From Candidatus Polarisedimenticolia bacterium (GTDB taxonomy: Bacteria > Acidobacteriota > Polarisedimenticolia > Gp22-AA2 > AA152): a stretch of DNA of 64,000 nt. Below the pieces are notes generated by a model. It had not been told where the DNA came from. It did not search any database and saw only the letters and a program-made list of their open reading frames with translations. The position numbers and the translations under genes are program-made. Numbering within the stretch: position 1 is the stretch's first letter; every line of letters starts with the position of its first letter. The DNA lies in the NCBI GenBank assembly GCA_036004685.1, contig DASYRE010000024.1:64234-128233 (forward strand). The letters run 5' to 3'. Positions 10,280-19,768 of the stretch are shown piece after piece.

Positions 10280-10471
10280 CCAGCGATCCCCGGCTCGAGC
10301 GATTCGAGAGGAAACCGTGAGGATTCCCGATCTGCGTCGACCTGACTTGAAGACCGCTCCCATTCTGGATCAGAATGCGCCCACTCGGTGCTCTCGAGAG
10401 GCGGGGTTTTTTCCCCCGCCGGCTTGAAAAACGAGCAGAGCCGCTCATCGTTCCCTTCAGGAGGTGTCGCG

Positions 10472-11032
10472 ATGCCGTTTGGAAGCCTGTGGCTCCCCGT
10501 GATCGTCTCGGCCGTCGTCGTCTTCGTGGCCAGCTCCGTGATGCACATGGCGCTCAAGTACCACAAAGCCGACTACAAGGGGCTGCCGAACGAGGTCGCG
10601 GTTCTCGACGTGCTCGGCAAGGGGAATCTGGTCCCGGGGGTCTATTTCCTGCCGTACTGCCCCGACCACGGTCATATGAAAGACCCGGCGATGAAAGCGA
10701 AATTCGAGAAAGGGCCCATCGGGTTGCTCACCATCCTCCCCAAGGGCGGGCCCGCGATGGGGAAGCTCCTCGGCCTCTGGTTCGCGTTCAGCCTCTTCGT
10801 GAGTTTCACCGCGGCCTACGTCGCGCGGCACACGCTTCAGCCCGGCGCCGACGGCCTTCTCGTGATGCGGATCACCGGGACGGTCGCATTCGCCGCCTAC
10901 GGAATCTCCCACCTCAGCGATTCGATCTGGAAAGGCCAGCCCTGGTCGAACACGATGCGTTCGCTGCTCGACGCCGCCATCTACGCAGTGCTGACCGGCT
11001 TGGTGTTTCGCACGCTCTGGCCGACGGCGTAG
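10472..11032 (+). CDS. membrane protein, unknown function
   Basis: ATG 10472 with AGGAGG upstream. TM helices LWLPVIVSAVVVFVASSVMHMAL, LLGLWFAFSLFVSFTAAYVA, AIYAVLTGLVFRTLW. Confidence 0.55.
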   Translation: MPFGSLWLPVIVSAVVVFVASSVMHMALKYHKADYKGLPNEVAVLDVLGKGNLVPGVYFLPYCPDHGHMKDPAMKAKFEKGPIGLLTILPKGGPAMGKLLGLWFAFSLFVSFTAAYVARHTLQPGADGLLVMRITGTVAFAAYGISHLSDSIWKGQPWSNTMRSLLDAAIYAVLTGLVFRTLWPTA

Positions 11033-11126
11033 GGCCCAAGTCCCGCTGCGTCACGCACATCCAGGTCGACGCCATTTAAGGTAACGTGTACCCGAATGCT
11101 TACGTCAGCCGTATTGGGAAGAATTC

Positions 11127-11723
11127 TTGGAAACGAAAGATCTTGTGGAGGTCGCGGCATTCGAAGACGAGATGCTGGCGCGAGCATGCGCCGAGATGCT
11201 CACGGAGGCGGGAGTTGAGTGCCATGTCGAGCGAATCGATCCGCTCGGCCTCACGCCGCTCTTGGGATTCACGCCGGGAATTCGACTTCGCGTGCGGCAC
11301 GAAGATGAACAGCAGGCCAGGGAGCTCGTCGCGTCGATACGACAGGAAGATACGGCAAATGGCACGAATGAAGCACCGAATGCCTGCGCTAGGCCGGTTG
11401 AAGATGCAAAGTCCCCAGAAGTTGAAACGGCTCTTCTCCGGCTGAGGACCCGCCGGCGTTTCCTCTGGGTTCTCTACGCGAGTTTCCTGCCGATAACCTT
11501 CTTATTCTTGCTGGTGGATCGATCCGGGAAGGCCGCCTTTTCCGTTGCCGCAATCTCGGTGGTTCTTCTTATCCTTGCCGGATACTGGGTTGCCTCGAGC
11601 CGCTGCCCGAGATGTTGGGAACTCTGCTATCGTCGCCGCTGGGTCATGGGATGGGCGACAAATATCCTCCTGCATCATTGCATGCATTGCGGATTGGATC
11701 TTCGCGCAACCAAGATGAACTAG
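11127..11723 (+). CDS. DUF2007-like (putative signal-transducing) domain protein with C-terminal TM segments and Cys-rich tail
   Basis: N-terminus LVEVAAFEDEMLARACAEMLTEAGVECHVER resembles the DUF2007 fold. C-terminus has 2 TM helices and CPRCWELC...HCMHCG. Confidence 0.55.
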   Translation: METKDLVEVAAFEDEMLARACAEMLTEAGVECHVERIDPLGLTPLLGFTPGIRLRVRHEDEQQARELVASIRQEDTANGTNEAPNACARPVEDAKSPEVETALLRLRTRRRFLWVLYASFLPITFLFLLVDRSGKAAFSVAAISVVLLILAGYWVASSRCPRCWELCYRRRWVMGWATNILLHHCMHCGLDLRATKMN

Positions 11724-11820
11724 ATGAGCGAGAAATGGGTCAGAGCCGTGGGACTGTTCGAGGTGATTTGCCGCGTTCTGTCCCCATCGCCATGGGGGGA
11801 ATCTGTTCTAAGGTAATCCT

Positions 11821-12771
11821 ATGAGAATCGTAATCCCAGGCGGCACGGGACAGGTCGGGACGCTGCTGGCGCGCGCCTTCCTGCGGGACGGGCACGAAGT
11901 CACAGTGCTGGGCCGCACGATCAAGCCGGCGCCGTGGCGCGTGGTGCAGTGGAATCCTGCGAGCGTGGAAACTTGGGCCCATCACCTCGACGGCGCGGAC
12001 GTGGTCGTCAACTTGGCCGGCCGGTCGGTGAATTGCCGCTACACGCCGAAAAACCGCGGGGAGATCGTCCAATCGCGGGTCGAATCGGTCGCCGCGGTGG
12101 GCCGGGCGATCGCCATGGCGGCGAAACCGCCTGGGGTCTGGCTTCAGGCGAGCACGGCGACGATCTACGCGCACCGTTACGATGCCCCGAACGATGAATT
12201 CACAGGGATCCTTGGGGGTGGCGAGCCGGACGCCCCCGAGACCTGGCGCTTCAGCATCGACGTCGTGAAGGCGTGGGAAAAAGCGCTTGACGACGCGCCG
12301 GCAGGCCGGACGCGCAAGGTGAAGCTGCGCTCGGCGATGATCATGAATCCCGACCCGGGAAGCATTTTCGACACGCTCGTGACGCTCGTGCGCCGCGGGC
12401 TGGGCGGAACGGCCGGTGACGGCCGTCAATACATCTCGTGGGTCCACGAAGAGGACTTCACCCGGGCCGTCTATTTCCTGATCGAGCGCGACCTCGACGG
12501 CGTCGTCAACGTGGCGTCGCCGAACCCCCTGGCGAACCGCGAGTTCATGGCCGTCCTCCGGCGGGCCTGGGGCGCGCCGATCGGCCTGCCCGCGACAAAA
12601 TGGATGCTCGAGCTGGGGGCGTGGCTCATGCGAACCGAGTCGGAGCTCATCCTGAAGAGCCGGCGCGTCATCCCGGCGCGCCTCCTGCAGGCAGGATTCA
12701 CCTTCCGGTACCCGCGCTGGTCCGAGGCGGCCCAAGAGCTTTGTCAGCGATTCAGAGCGTCCAGAAGCTGA
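11821..12771 (+). CDS. TIGR01777-family NAD-dependent epimerase/dehydratase-like protein (SDR39U1-like)
   Basis: MRIVIPGGTGQVGTLLARAFLRDGHEVTVLGR Rossmann start, then the characteristic C-terminal DUF1731-like region. Confidence 0.85.
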   Translation: MRIVIPGGTGQVGTLLARAFLRDGHEVTVLGRTIKPAPWRVVQWNPASVETWAHHLDGADVVVNLAGRSVNCRYTPKNRGEIVQSRVESVAAVGRAIAMAAKPPGVWLQASTATIYAHRYDAPNDEFTGILGGGEPDAPETWRFSIDVVKAWEKALDDAPAGRTRKVKLRSAMIMNPDPGSIFDTLVTLVRRGLGGTAGDGRQYISWVHEEDFTRAVYFLIERDLDGVVNVASPNPLANREFMAVLRRAWGAPIGLPATKWMLELGAWLMRTESELILKSRRVIPARLLQAGFTFRYPRWSEAAQELCQRFRASRS

Positions 12772-12865
12772 AAGCTCCTCCCCCCCGGATTCCTCGACGC
12801 CATGAAATGAGGCGCGGTGTCCAAATGCCGAAGAAGAGGTAGAATGCAGGCAGCTTCTTTCTACC

Positions 12866-15022
12866 ATGCACGGAGGGCGCAGGCTATCGTCGCCCCGGCG
12901 GTCGAACCGAGCCAGCCTGCCTGGTCAAGGTCCCTGCTTGAAAGACAAGCTCGCCCAGATCATCGGAAGTGAGGCGCGCCTCGAGGCTCTGCGGCAGACC
13001 TCGCTCCTCGATTCCCCGCCGGAGGAGGCGTTCGACCGGCTGACGCGGCTGGCGACGGCGGTGCTGCGCGTTCCGGCGGCGCTCGTTTCGCTCGTGGACG
13101 GGGATCGTCAGTTCTTCAAGAGTCAGAGCGGCCTGGCCGAGCCTCTGGCTTCGTCGCGCCAGACTCCTCTGACGCACTCTTTCTGCAAGCATGTCGTGGG
13201 CTCGCAAGAGCCCCTGGTCGTCACCGACGCCCGCCAGGAACCGGTGCTCGCCGGCTACGCGCCCTTCTCTCCCCTGGAGGTGATCGCCTATGCGGGCATT
13301 CCGCTGGTCACGTCGGAAGGCCACGCCCTGGGGACCTTCTGTGTCGTGGACAGCCGGCCGCGCAAGTGGACCGAGGAGGAGATCTCGATCCTCCGGATCC
13401 TCGCCACGTCCACGATGTCGCAGATCGAGCTGCAGCGCCTGGCGAACGAGCTGCGGGGCCTGACCGAGAAACTGCAGGGGCTCGTCGACGCCCGGACGTC
13501 GGAGTTGCGCGCCTCCGAGGAGCGCCGGCGCGTTCTCCTCGACGTCAACAACGCCATCGTCACCTGTCTCGACCGTGACTCCCTCTTCGCGGCGACGGCG
13601 GCCGCCCTGCGTCCCGTCTTCTCCTACGACCGGGCCGCGCTGGTTCTCCTCGATCCCGCCAAGAACGTTTTTCGCGTGCTGGGAGTCGCCGGGGCGGTGC
13701 CGTCACCTCCCATCATCCCGGTCGGCACCGAGTGGCCCCGGCAGGGAAGCCGCTCCGGCTGGATTCTCGATCACGGCGAGCCGATGCTGACGGTCGACCT
13801 GCGGGAGGCGCCCGCTTTCTTCGAGCACGGCCCCCTGCTGCAGGAGGGAATCCTCTCCGCCGTTTCCGTGCCCATGGCGATCAAGGGAAAGATCATCGGC
13901 ACGCTGAACGTCGGCAGCCGCCATCTGGGCCGGTACGGCGAAGGGGACGCCTCGCTGCTCTCGGCGATCGCCGAGCAGGTGGCGCTGGCGATCGAGAACC
14001 TGCTCGCCTACGAGGAGATCGCGGCGCTCAAGGCGCAGCTGGAAGAGGAGAACCTCTACCTTCAGGAGGAGGTGCGGTCGGAGGCCGCCTTCGGCGACGT
14101 GGTGGGTGAGTCTGCGGCCATCCTGCGGATCCTCGGCAACGTGCGCAAAGTCGCCGGAACCGACTCGACCGTGCTGGTCATGGGGGAGACGGGAACCGGC
14201 AAGGAGCTGGTGGTCCGGGCCATTCACGGCTTGAGCCGGCGGAAGGACAAGATCCTGGTCAAGGTGAACTGCGCGGCGCTGCCGGCCGGAGTGATCGAAA
14301 GCGAGCTTTTCGGGCACGAAAAGGGGGCGTTCACCGGTGCGCTCATGCGGAAGATCGGCCGCTTCGAGCTGGCCAATGGCGGCACCCTCTTCCTCGACGA
14401 GATCGGTGATCTTCCGCTGGAGCTGCAGGCAAAGCTCCTGCGCGTCCTGCAGGACGGAGAGTTCGAAAGGGTGGGCGGGACGCACCCCTTGAAGGTCGAC
14501 GTGCGGCTGATCACCGCCACCAATCGCGATCTCGAGCGGGCGGTGAGCGAGGAGCGCTTCCGGGCGGATCTCTACTACCGTCTCAACGTCTTTCCGATCG
14601 TCATCCCCCCCTTGCGGGAGCGGCTGGAGGACGTCCCGCGCCTGGCGCGGCACTTTGCCATGCACTATGCGGCGAAGATGGGGAAGCACGTCGGGCCGAT
14701 GAGCCAGGAGGCGCTCGCCCGGCTGTCCTCCTATGCGTGGCCCGGCAACGTCCGCGAGCTGCAGAACGTCATCGAGCGGGCGGTCATCCTTTCCTCCGCG
14801 ACCCGGTTCGAGCTCGGGGATCTGATCGCGCCCGCCGCGGGCGGCGGCGCGAAGCACCCGGCCCGGACCCTCGAAGAAGTCGAGCGCGAGCACATCGCCG
14901 CGGTCCTTGCGCAGACCGGCTGGCGCGTCAGCGGCGAGCGGGGCGCGGCCAAGATCTTGGGGCTGAAGCGAACGACCCTGGAAGCTCGGATGAGGAAGCT
15001 CGGCATTCAGCGCCGTTCGTGA
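12866..15022 (+). CDS. sigma-54-dependent Fis-family transcriptional activator with two N-terminal GAF domains
   Basis: AAA+ sigma-54 interaction domain (VLVMGETGTGKELVVRAIH, GAFTGA, ESELFGHEKGAFTGA), C-terminal HTH (AAKILGLKRTTLEARMRKLGI), and ~420 aa of GAF-like sequence upstream. Confidence 0.9.
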   Translation: MHGGRRLSSPRRSNRASLPGQGPCLKDKLAQIIGSEARLEALRQTSLLDSPPEEAFDRLTRLATAVLRVPAALVSLVDGDRQFFKSQSGLAEPLASSRQTPLTHSFCKHVVGSQEPLVVTDARQEPVLAGYAPFSPLEVIAYAGIPLVTSEGHALGTFCVVDSRPRKWTEEEISILRILATSTMSQIELQRLANELRGLTEKLQGLVDARTSELRASEERRRVLLDVNNAIVTCLDRDSLFAATAAALRPVFSYDRAALVLLDPAKNVFRVLGVAGAVPSPPIIPVGTEWPRQGSRSGWILDHGEPMLTVDLREAPAFFEHGPLLQEGILSAVSVPMAIKGKIIGTLNVGSRHLGRYGEGDASLLSAIAEQVALAIENLLAYEEIAALKAQLEEENLYLQEEVRSEAAFGDVVGESAAILRILGNVRKVAGTDSTVLVMGETGTGKELVVRAIHGLSRRKDKILVKVNCAALPAGVIESELFGHEKGAFTGALMRKIGRFELANGGTLFLDEIGDLPLELQAKLLRVLQDGEFERVGGTHPLKVDVRLITATNRDLERAVSEERFRADLYYRLNVFPIVIPPLRERLEDVPRLARHFAMHYAAKMGKHVGPMSQEALARLSSYAWPGNVRELQNVIERAVILSSATRFELGDLIAPAAGGGAKHPARTLEEVEREHIAAVLAQTGWRVSGERGAAKILGLKRTTLEARMRKLGIQRRS

Positions 15023-15198
15023 TCTAGATCACCGAAGCCCGCTCCGCTTCCCCCCTCCTTGCCTGCCATCCTTTCGGCATTCTCCCAATAGTTCGGCAGT
15101 TCCTCCGTGCGCGGACTCACAGAGTCCGCTGACCTCCGCTCATTCAATTCCGTTCCTTTCAGCCGCTTGCCTCCCGCCGCGAACGCGCCGGCTCGGGC

Positions 15199-15214
15199 TG
15201 GCACGCCTCGTGCC
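15199..15214 (+). promoter_or_regulatory. candidate sigma-54 (-24/-12) promoter
   Basis: cTGGCACgcctcgTGCc: GG and GC elements 10 nt apart as in the TGGCAC-N5-TTGC consensus. Sits ~40 nt upstream of the STAS ORF and directly downstream of the sigma-54 activator gene. Confidence 0.45.
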
Positions 15215-15251
15215 TTAGAAAGAGCGTGTTTCAAAGAGTCGGGAGGCTGCC

Positions 15252-15548
15252 ATGGTGCTTCGAATCACAATCGGCGCAGGAACACGCACGCGGGCGACGC
15301 TGAAACTGGAAGGGCGCGTCGTGGCCGGGTGGGCGCCCCTCCTCGAGCGCGAATGCTTCCGGCTTCTTGGATCGTGGGACGCGGTTTGCCTCGATCTCGC
15401 CGGCGTCACGTTCGTCGACCGCTTGGGCGTGGAGACTCTCCAGCGTCTCGGCCGCGCGGGAATCGAGATCCGCTGTCCCCGGGGGATGGTCGCCAGCGTC
15501 CTCGAAGGGGAAGGCATCCCACTGACCGCAGACCCTCAAGGGAATTGA
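15252..15548 (+). CDS. STAS-domain protein (anti-sigma-factor-antagonist-like)
   Basis: 98 aa. VCLDLAGVTFVDRLGVETLQRL is typical of STAS/SpoIIAA-like folds. Confidence 0.5.
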   Translation: MVLRITIGAGTRTRATLKLEGRVVAGWAPLLERECFRLLGSWDAVCLDLAGVTFVDRLGVETLQRLGRAGIEIRCPRGMVASVLEGEGIPLTADPQGN

Positions 15549-15624
15549 GCGTCGAAACCCGGCGTCTTCGGCAATGGGGCCAAGCCGCCACTACCCCCCC
15601 AACGTTCGAGATCTGGAGGACAGC

Positions 15625-17115
15625 ATGTTCATGAACCGGAAGCTGCTGAAACGTCCCGCAAGCGCGCTGCTGCTGCCCGCGGGCATCCTGGGCGCTCTGG
15701 CGCTCGGCGCCGGCCGAGCGGACACGGGAGCATCGAGGAGTTTCGCGAGCACCGCCTCGGCGATCCGGCTGGAGACCGACACCGTTCCGCCGCCCTGCCG
15801 TCCCAATCCACGCGCCCAGCGCGACATGGCCGGCGTCGCGAACCGGGGCGACGTCCGGTTCCTCCCCCAGCCTCTCCGCCAGCAGCTGGTGCGGCTCGCG
15901 GGACGTCCGCATACGACACTGCCGATGCAGGCGTTCGCGGAAGCGGACAGCCCGAGCCGGCTTTTCTTCTACTACCTTCTGGACACCCGCGGGTTCGAGC
16001 CGAACGTCTTCACGGCGTCGCTGCCGGGGATCAACGACGCGGTCGATCCCACGGCCACCGGTGGGGATTGCGGCCTCCCGACGATCGGCACGGTCCGTCT
16101 CGTGGTCGAGCCGAAAGAGGATCTTCCCACCGATCCCAACGACGTCCGCGCCTTCATCGACGTCTTCACCGACATCCATCCTCTCTTCGTCATCAACAAC
16201 GAGAGCGGCTGGTACGAAGGCTGGATGATCCACGACCTGCGAGTGGCGCGCGTGGCGTCGGCTCGCCCGGACGGACACGCACAGTTCGGAAAAATCCTCC
16301 AGACGGACGCGGAGCGATTGGCGGAGATGGGAAAGGGCAACAACCTGGCCGGAAACATCTTCACGACCGACGGTAATCCGGCCCGCTTCCCGTCCGCGTC
16401 CGACAGCTTCCCTGACATCCAGTCCAATCTCGTGCCGATCACCCTGAGCATGGGCGCCTACAACGCCCTGCAGCAGGGGGACGTCCATTCCTACTGGGAG
16501 TTCAACTACACGACCAACTGGGTCTTCCCCCTGTACGAGCTGCCGTTCACCGGAGGTATCGCCGGCACGCTGGAGGCGGGACTGATTGGCGACCTCAACG
16601 ACCTGACTCCGGGATCGGGGCCGGCGGGCATCCACAACGATCCGCGGGTATACGGCGACAGCCCGTTCCTGCCCCGTGACGCCGACAAGTTCGAGGGCGA
16701 GGACGACCGGCAGCGCGAGTTCCGCGAGCGCTTCATCCCGAGCGGCCTGGCGCACGAGATCTATCTCGACGTGTTCGAGAGAATCGCGTCGTTCGAGCCC
16801 GCCGTGGCATCCCAGCCGCAGCGCATCTTCGACGCCTACGCCCAGGAGATCGCGCGGGTCGACCAGAATCGGGACGGCGTCATCTCCGCGGCCGAGGGCG
16901 ACGTGGACAGCGCAAGCGACGGGTTTCCCGACAACGCGCGCCTGTTCCTCCCCGCCACCACGTACGACCGGTTCGCGGTGACCCGCGAAATCAACGATGG
17001 CATGTTGGCGCCCCGTTTCGCCAACAGCCAGCGGGCCTGGGTCCTGACCGGGTTCGCGACGGCAGTGATTCCGACGGTGCCTGCTTCCGAAGGGCGGGAC
17101 TCGGATGATCGATAA
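15625..17115 (+). CDS. secreted hypothetical protein with a canonical EF-hand Ca-binding loop
   Basis: GGAGG 5 nt upstream of ATG 15625. Signal peptide LLLPAGILGALALGAG. DQNRDGVISAAE matches the DxNxDGxIxxxE EF-hand loop. No other homology recognised. Confidence 0.6.
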   Translation: MFMNRKLLKRPASALLLPAGILGALALGAGRADTGASRSFASTASAIRLETDTVPPPCRPNPRAQRDMAGVANRGDVRFLPQPLRQQLVRLAGRPHTTLPMQAFAEADSPSRLFFYYLLDTRGFEPNVFTASLPGINDAVDPTATGGDCGLPTIGTVRLVVEPKEDLPTDPNDVRAFIDVFTDIHPLFVINNESGWYEGWMIHDLRVARVASARPDGHAQFGKILQTDAERLAEMGKGNNLAGNIFTTDGNPARFPSASDSFPDIQSNLVPITLSMGAYNALQQGDVHSYWEFNYTTNWVFPLYELPFTGGIAGTLEAGLIGDLNDLTPGSGPAGIHNDPRVYGDSPFLPRDADKFEGEDDRQREFRERFIPSGLAHEIYLDVFERIASFEPAVASQPQRIFDAYAQEIARVDQNRDGVISAAEGDVDSASDGFPDNARLFLPATTYDRFAVTREINDGMLAPRFANSQRAWVLTGFATAVIPTVPASEGRDSDDR

Positions 17116-17179
17116 CGTTCCAAGGATCGCAACGGTTCGAACCGTTCCCACCCCCCCAACTTTCGAAAGGAGAAGAACC

Positions 17180-17938
17180 ATGATGAAGCGTGTTGTCCTC
17201 GCACTGGCTCTGCTGCTCGGATCATTCCCGGTCCTCACCTCCGCGGCGCCCGTCGTCTTCGAGGCCTCCGGAGCGACCCCCGCCGACATCCAGGCTTCGG
17301 TCGACGATTTCCGCGGCCTCCTCGGAACCCTCAACCCGAACACCCCCGGCTCGTTCCCCAGCGGACGACGGGAGATCAACTGGGACGGCGTTCCGGACGC
17401 GTTCTCGGCCCCGAACAACCTGCCCGCCAATTTCTTCAACGCCAACTCCCCGCGCGGGGTCGTTTTCTTCACTCCCGGGACGGGCTTCCAGGTGAGCGCC
17501 GACAGCGACAACCCGACGAACACTCCGGTCCGCTTCGGCAACATCCATCCCGCCTTTCCGAGACTGTTCACCACTTTCAGCCCGCAGAGGCTGTTCACCG
17601 CGTTGGACAGCAACATCACCGACACTCTCTTCTTCGTGCCCGGAAGCCCCTCCTCGGCGACGGTGGGTGGGTTCGGAGCCGTGTTCACCGACGTCAACGT
17701 CGCCAACAGCACGAAGATCGAGTATTTCGACGTCAACGGCCGGCTGCTCTTCAGTCGGAACGTCCTTCCCGGCCCGACCGATCGGGGCAGCCTCTCTTTC
17801 ATCGGCGTGTCGTTCGACGCGGGGGAACGGGTCTTCCTGGTCCGCATCACCAGCGGGAACCGCGTCCCCAGGACCCCCGCCCGGGACGTCGTGATGATGG
17901 ACGACTTCATTTACGCCGAGCCGCAGCCCGCCCCCTAA
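17180..17938 (+). CDS. secreted hypothetical protein
   Basis: AGGAGA RBS. Signal peptide MMKRVVLALALLLGSFPVLTSA. Asn/Thr/Phe-rich beta-type composition. No homology recognised. Confidence 0.55.
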   Translation: MMKRVVLALALLLGSFPVLTSAAPVVFEASGATPADIQASVDDFRGLLGTLNPNTPGSFPSGRREINWDGVPDAFSAPNNLPANFFNANSPRGVVFFTPGTGFQVSADSDNPTNTPVRFGNIHPAFPRLFTTFSPQRLFTALDSNITDTLFFVPGSPSSATVGGFGAVFTDVNVANSTKIEYFDVNGRLLFSRNVLPGPTDRGSLSFIGVSFDAGERVFLVRITSGNRVPRTPARDVVMMDDFIYAEPQPAP

Positions 17939-18056
17939 CCCACCTCCAGGCCGCCGGCGGGGAGCCGATTGACCTCGGTCGGCTCCCGCCGGTCCCGCCT
18001 CACCGGAAGAGGGACGGAAGCGTTCGGAGCAGCGGTAACCGCCTAAGGAGAAAGCC

Positions 18057-19466
18057 ATGAAGATTGCGACGAGGATCCGGAGGTTCCAGGACGGTTTGAG
18101 GGGAGAAGTTCTCCTCCCGAGAAGCGAGGCCTACGAAAACGCGCGCCGGATCTGGAATGCGATGATCGACCGGCGCCCGGCTCTCATCGTCCGTTGCGCC
18201 GACGTATGGGACGTGGTCGACGCGGTGAACTTCGCGCGGGACACAGGGCTGCCGCTCGCCGTCCGCGGCGGCGGGCACAACATCGCCGGGAACGCGATGT
18301 GCGACGACGGTCTCGTCATCGACCTCTCGGCGATGAAGGCCGCCACCGTCGATGCCCGGGAGCGCCGCGTCACGATCGAGGGGGGCGCCACGCTCGCGGA
18401 CCTCGATGCCGCCACCCAAGCCCTCGGCCTCGCCACGCCGGTCGGCATCAACTCCACCACCGGCGTCGCCGGACTCACGCTGGGAGGTGGATTCGGCTGG
18501 CTGAGCCGCAAGTACGGGATGACGATCGACAACCTGGACTCCGCCGAGGTGGTGACGGCCTCCGGCGAGGTGGTGCGCGCCAGCGCCGTCGAGCATCCAG
18601 ACCTCTTCTGGGCGCTGCGCGGGGGCGGCGGGAACTTCGGTGTCGTCACGCGCTTCAAGTTCCGCCTCCACCCGGTCGGCCCCGGGGTTCTCAGCGGCCT
18701 GATCGTCTATCCGATCTCGGCGGCGAAGTCGGTGCTGCAGCAGTACGGTGAATTCATCGCGAAGGCGCAGGAGGATCTTTCCGTGTGGGCTCTTCTGCGC
18801 CAGGCGCCGCCTCTGCCGTTCCTTCCCGAAACGGTCCACGGCAAGGGGATTCTGGCGCTGGCCCTTTTGTGCGCCTGCGATCCGGCGCACGCCGAGCGGC
18901 TCGTTGCGCCGCTGCGCAAGTTCGGCACTCCCGTCGGCGAGCACCTGGGGGTCCAGTCCTACGTCGATTGGCAAAGGACCTTCGACCCGCTGCTCGCCGC
19001 CGGCGCCCGCAACTACTGGAAGTCCCACAATTTCACGACGCTCGACGAGGGTCTTTTCGACGTCGCCATCGAGGCGATCGGGAGGCCGCCCTCGCCCCAG
19101 TGCGAGATCTTCCTGGCCGCCCTCGGCGGCGCCACGACGCGTCCGGATCCCGACTCGGCCGCGTATCCTCACCGCGACGCCCGCTTCGTCATGAACGTCC
19201 ACGGCCGCTGGGAAGACTCGGCCGACGATGCCCGTTGCATCGAGTGGGCGCGCGATTTCTCCAATGCCGCGGCTCCTTTCGCCAGCGGCGGGGTCTACGT
19301 GAACTTCCTCACCGCGGACGAGGGAGAGCGCGTGCGTGCCGCCTACGGAACGAACTATGATCGCCTCGCAGGGGTGAAGCGCCAGTACGACCCCCACAAC
19401 CTGTTCCGCATGAACCAGAACATCAAGCCGGCGCCGGAGAGAGACCTCGGACTCACTGTCGCATGA
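18057..19466 (+). CDS. FAD-binding oxidoreductase (FAD-linked oxidase / berberine-bridge-enzyme-like)
   Basis: FAD-binding PCMH-type motifs (LAVRGGGHNIAGN, TLGGGFGWLSRKYGM) and C-terminal BBE-like region (YVNF...YDPHNLFRMNQNI). Confidence 0.85.
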   Translation: MKIATRIRRFQDGLRGEVLLPRSEAYENARRIWNAMIDRRPALIVRCADVWDVVDAVNFARDTGLPLAVRGGGHNIAGNAMCDDGLVIDLSAMKAATVDARERRVTIEGGATLADLDAATQALGLATPVGINSTTGVAGLTLGGGFGWLSRKYGMTIDNLDSAEVVTASGEVVRASAVEHPDLFWALRGGGGNFGVVTRFKFRLHPVGPGVLSGLIVYPISAAKSVLQQYGEFIAKAQEDLSVWALLRQAPPLPFLPETVHGKGILALALLCACDPAHAERLVAPLRKFGTPVGEHLGVQSYVDWQRTFDPLLAAGARNYWKSHNFTTLDEGLFDVAIEAIGRPPSPQCEIFLAALGGATTRPDPDSAAYPHRDARFVMNVHGRWEDSADDARCIEWARDFSNAAAPFASGGVYVNFLTADEGERVRAAYGTNYDRLAGVKRQYDPHNLFRMNQNIKPAPERDLGLTVA

Positions 19467-19768
19467 AATCGTACCTGGGCTTGAGACGTCTTCTGCTTTC
19501 GTGGAAGAATCGAGCGACCACGGCGGTCTCGCACGGGAACCTCTCCGCGACGGCCCGGGCTGAGGCTCGTTCCCCTCATCGCCCGCGATCGAGCCGGTTT
19601 CGGGGAAGGGCTGGCCAACCCGATCCGCCTGGCGCCGGCGTTCGCCGGCGCCGCTCTTTTCGCCGCCGGCTTGCTCGGCGAGCTGGCCGGGACCAGGAGG
19701 ATGCGGCGCGCGCGTCCGGTCTTGACCGGACCGCCTACGATGACGAAACTCGAACATGGGGACCGAAG

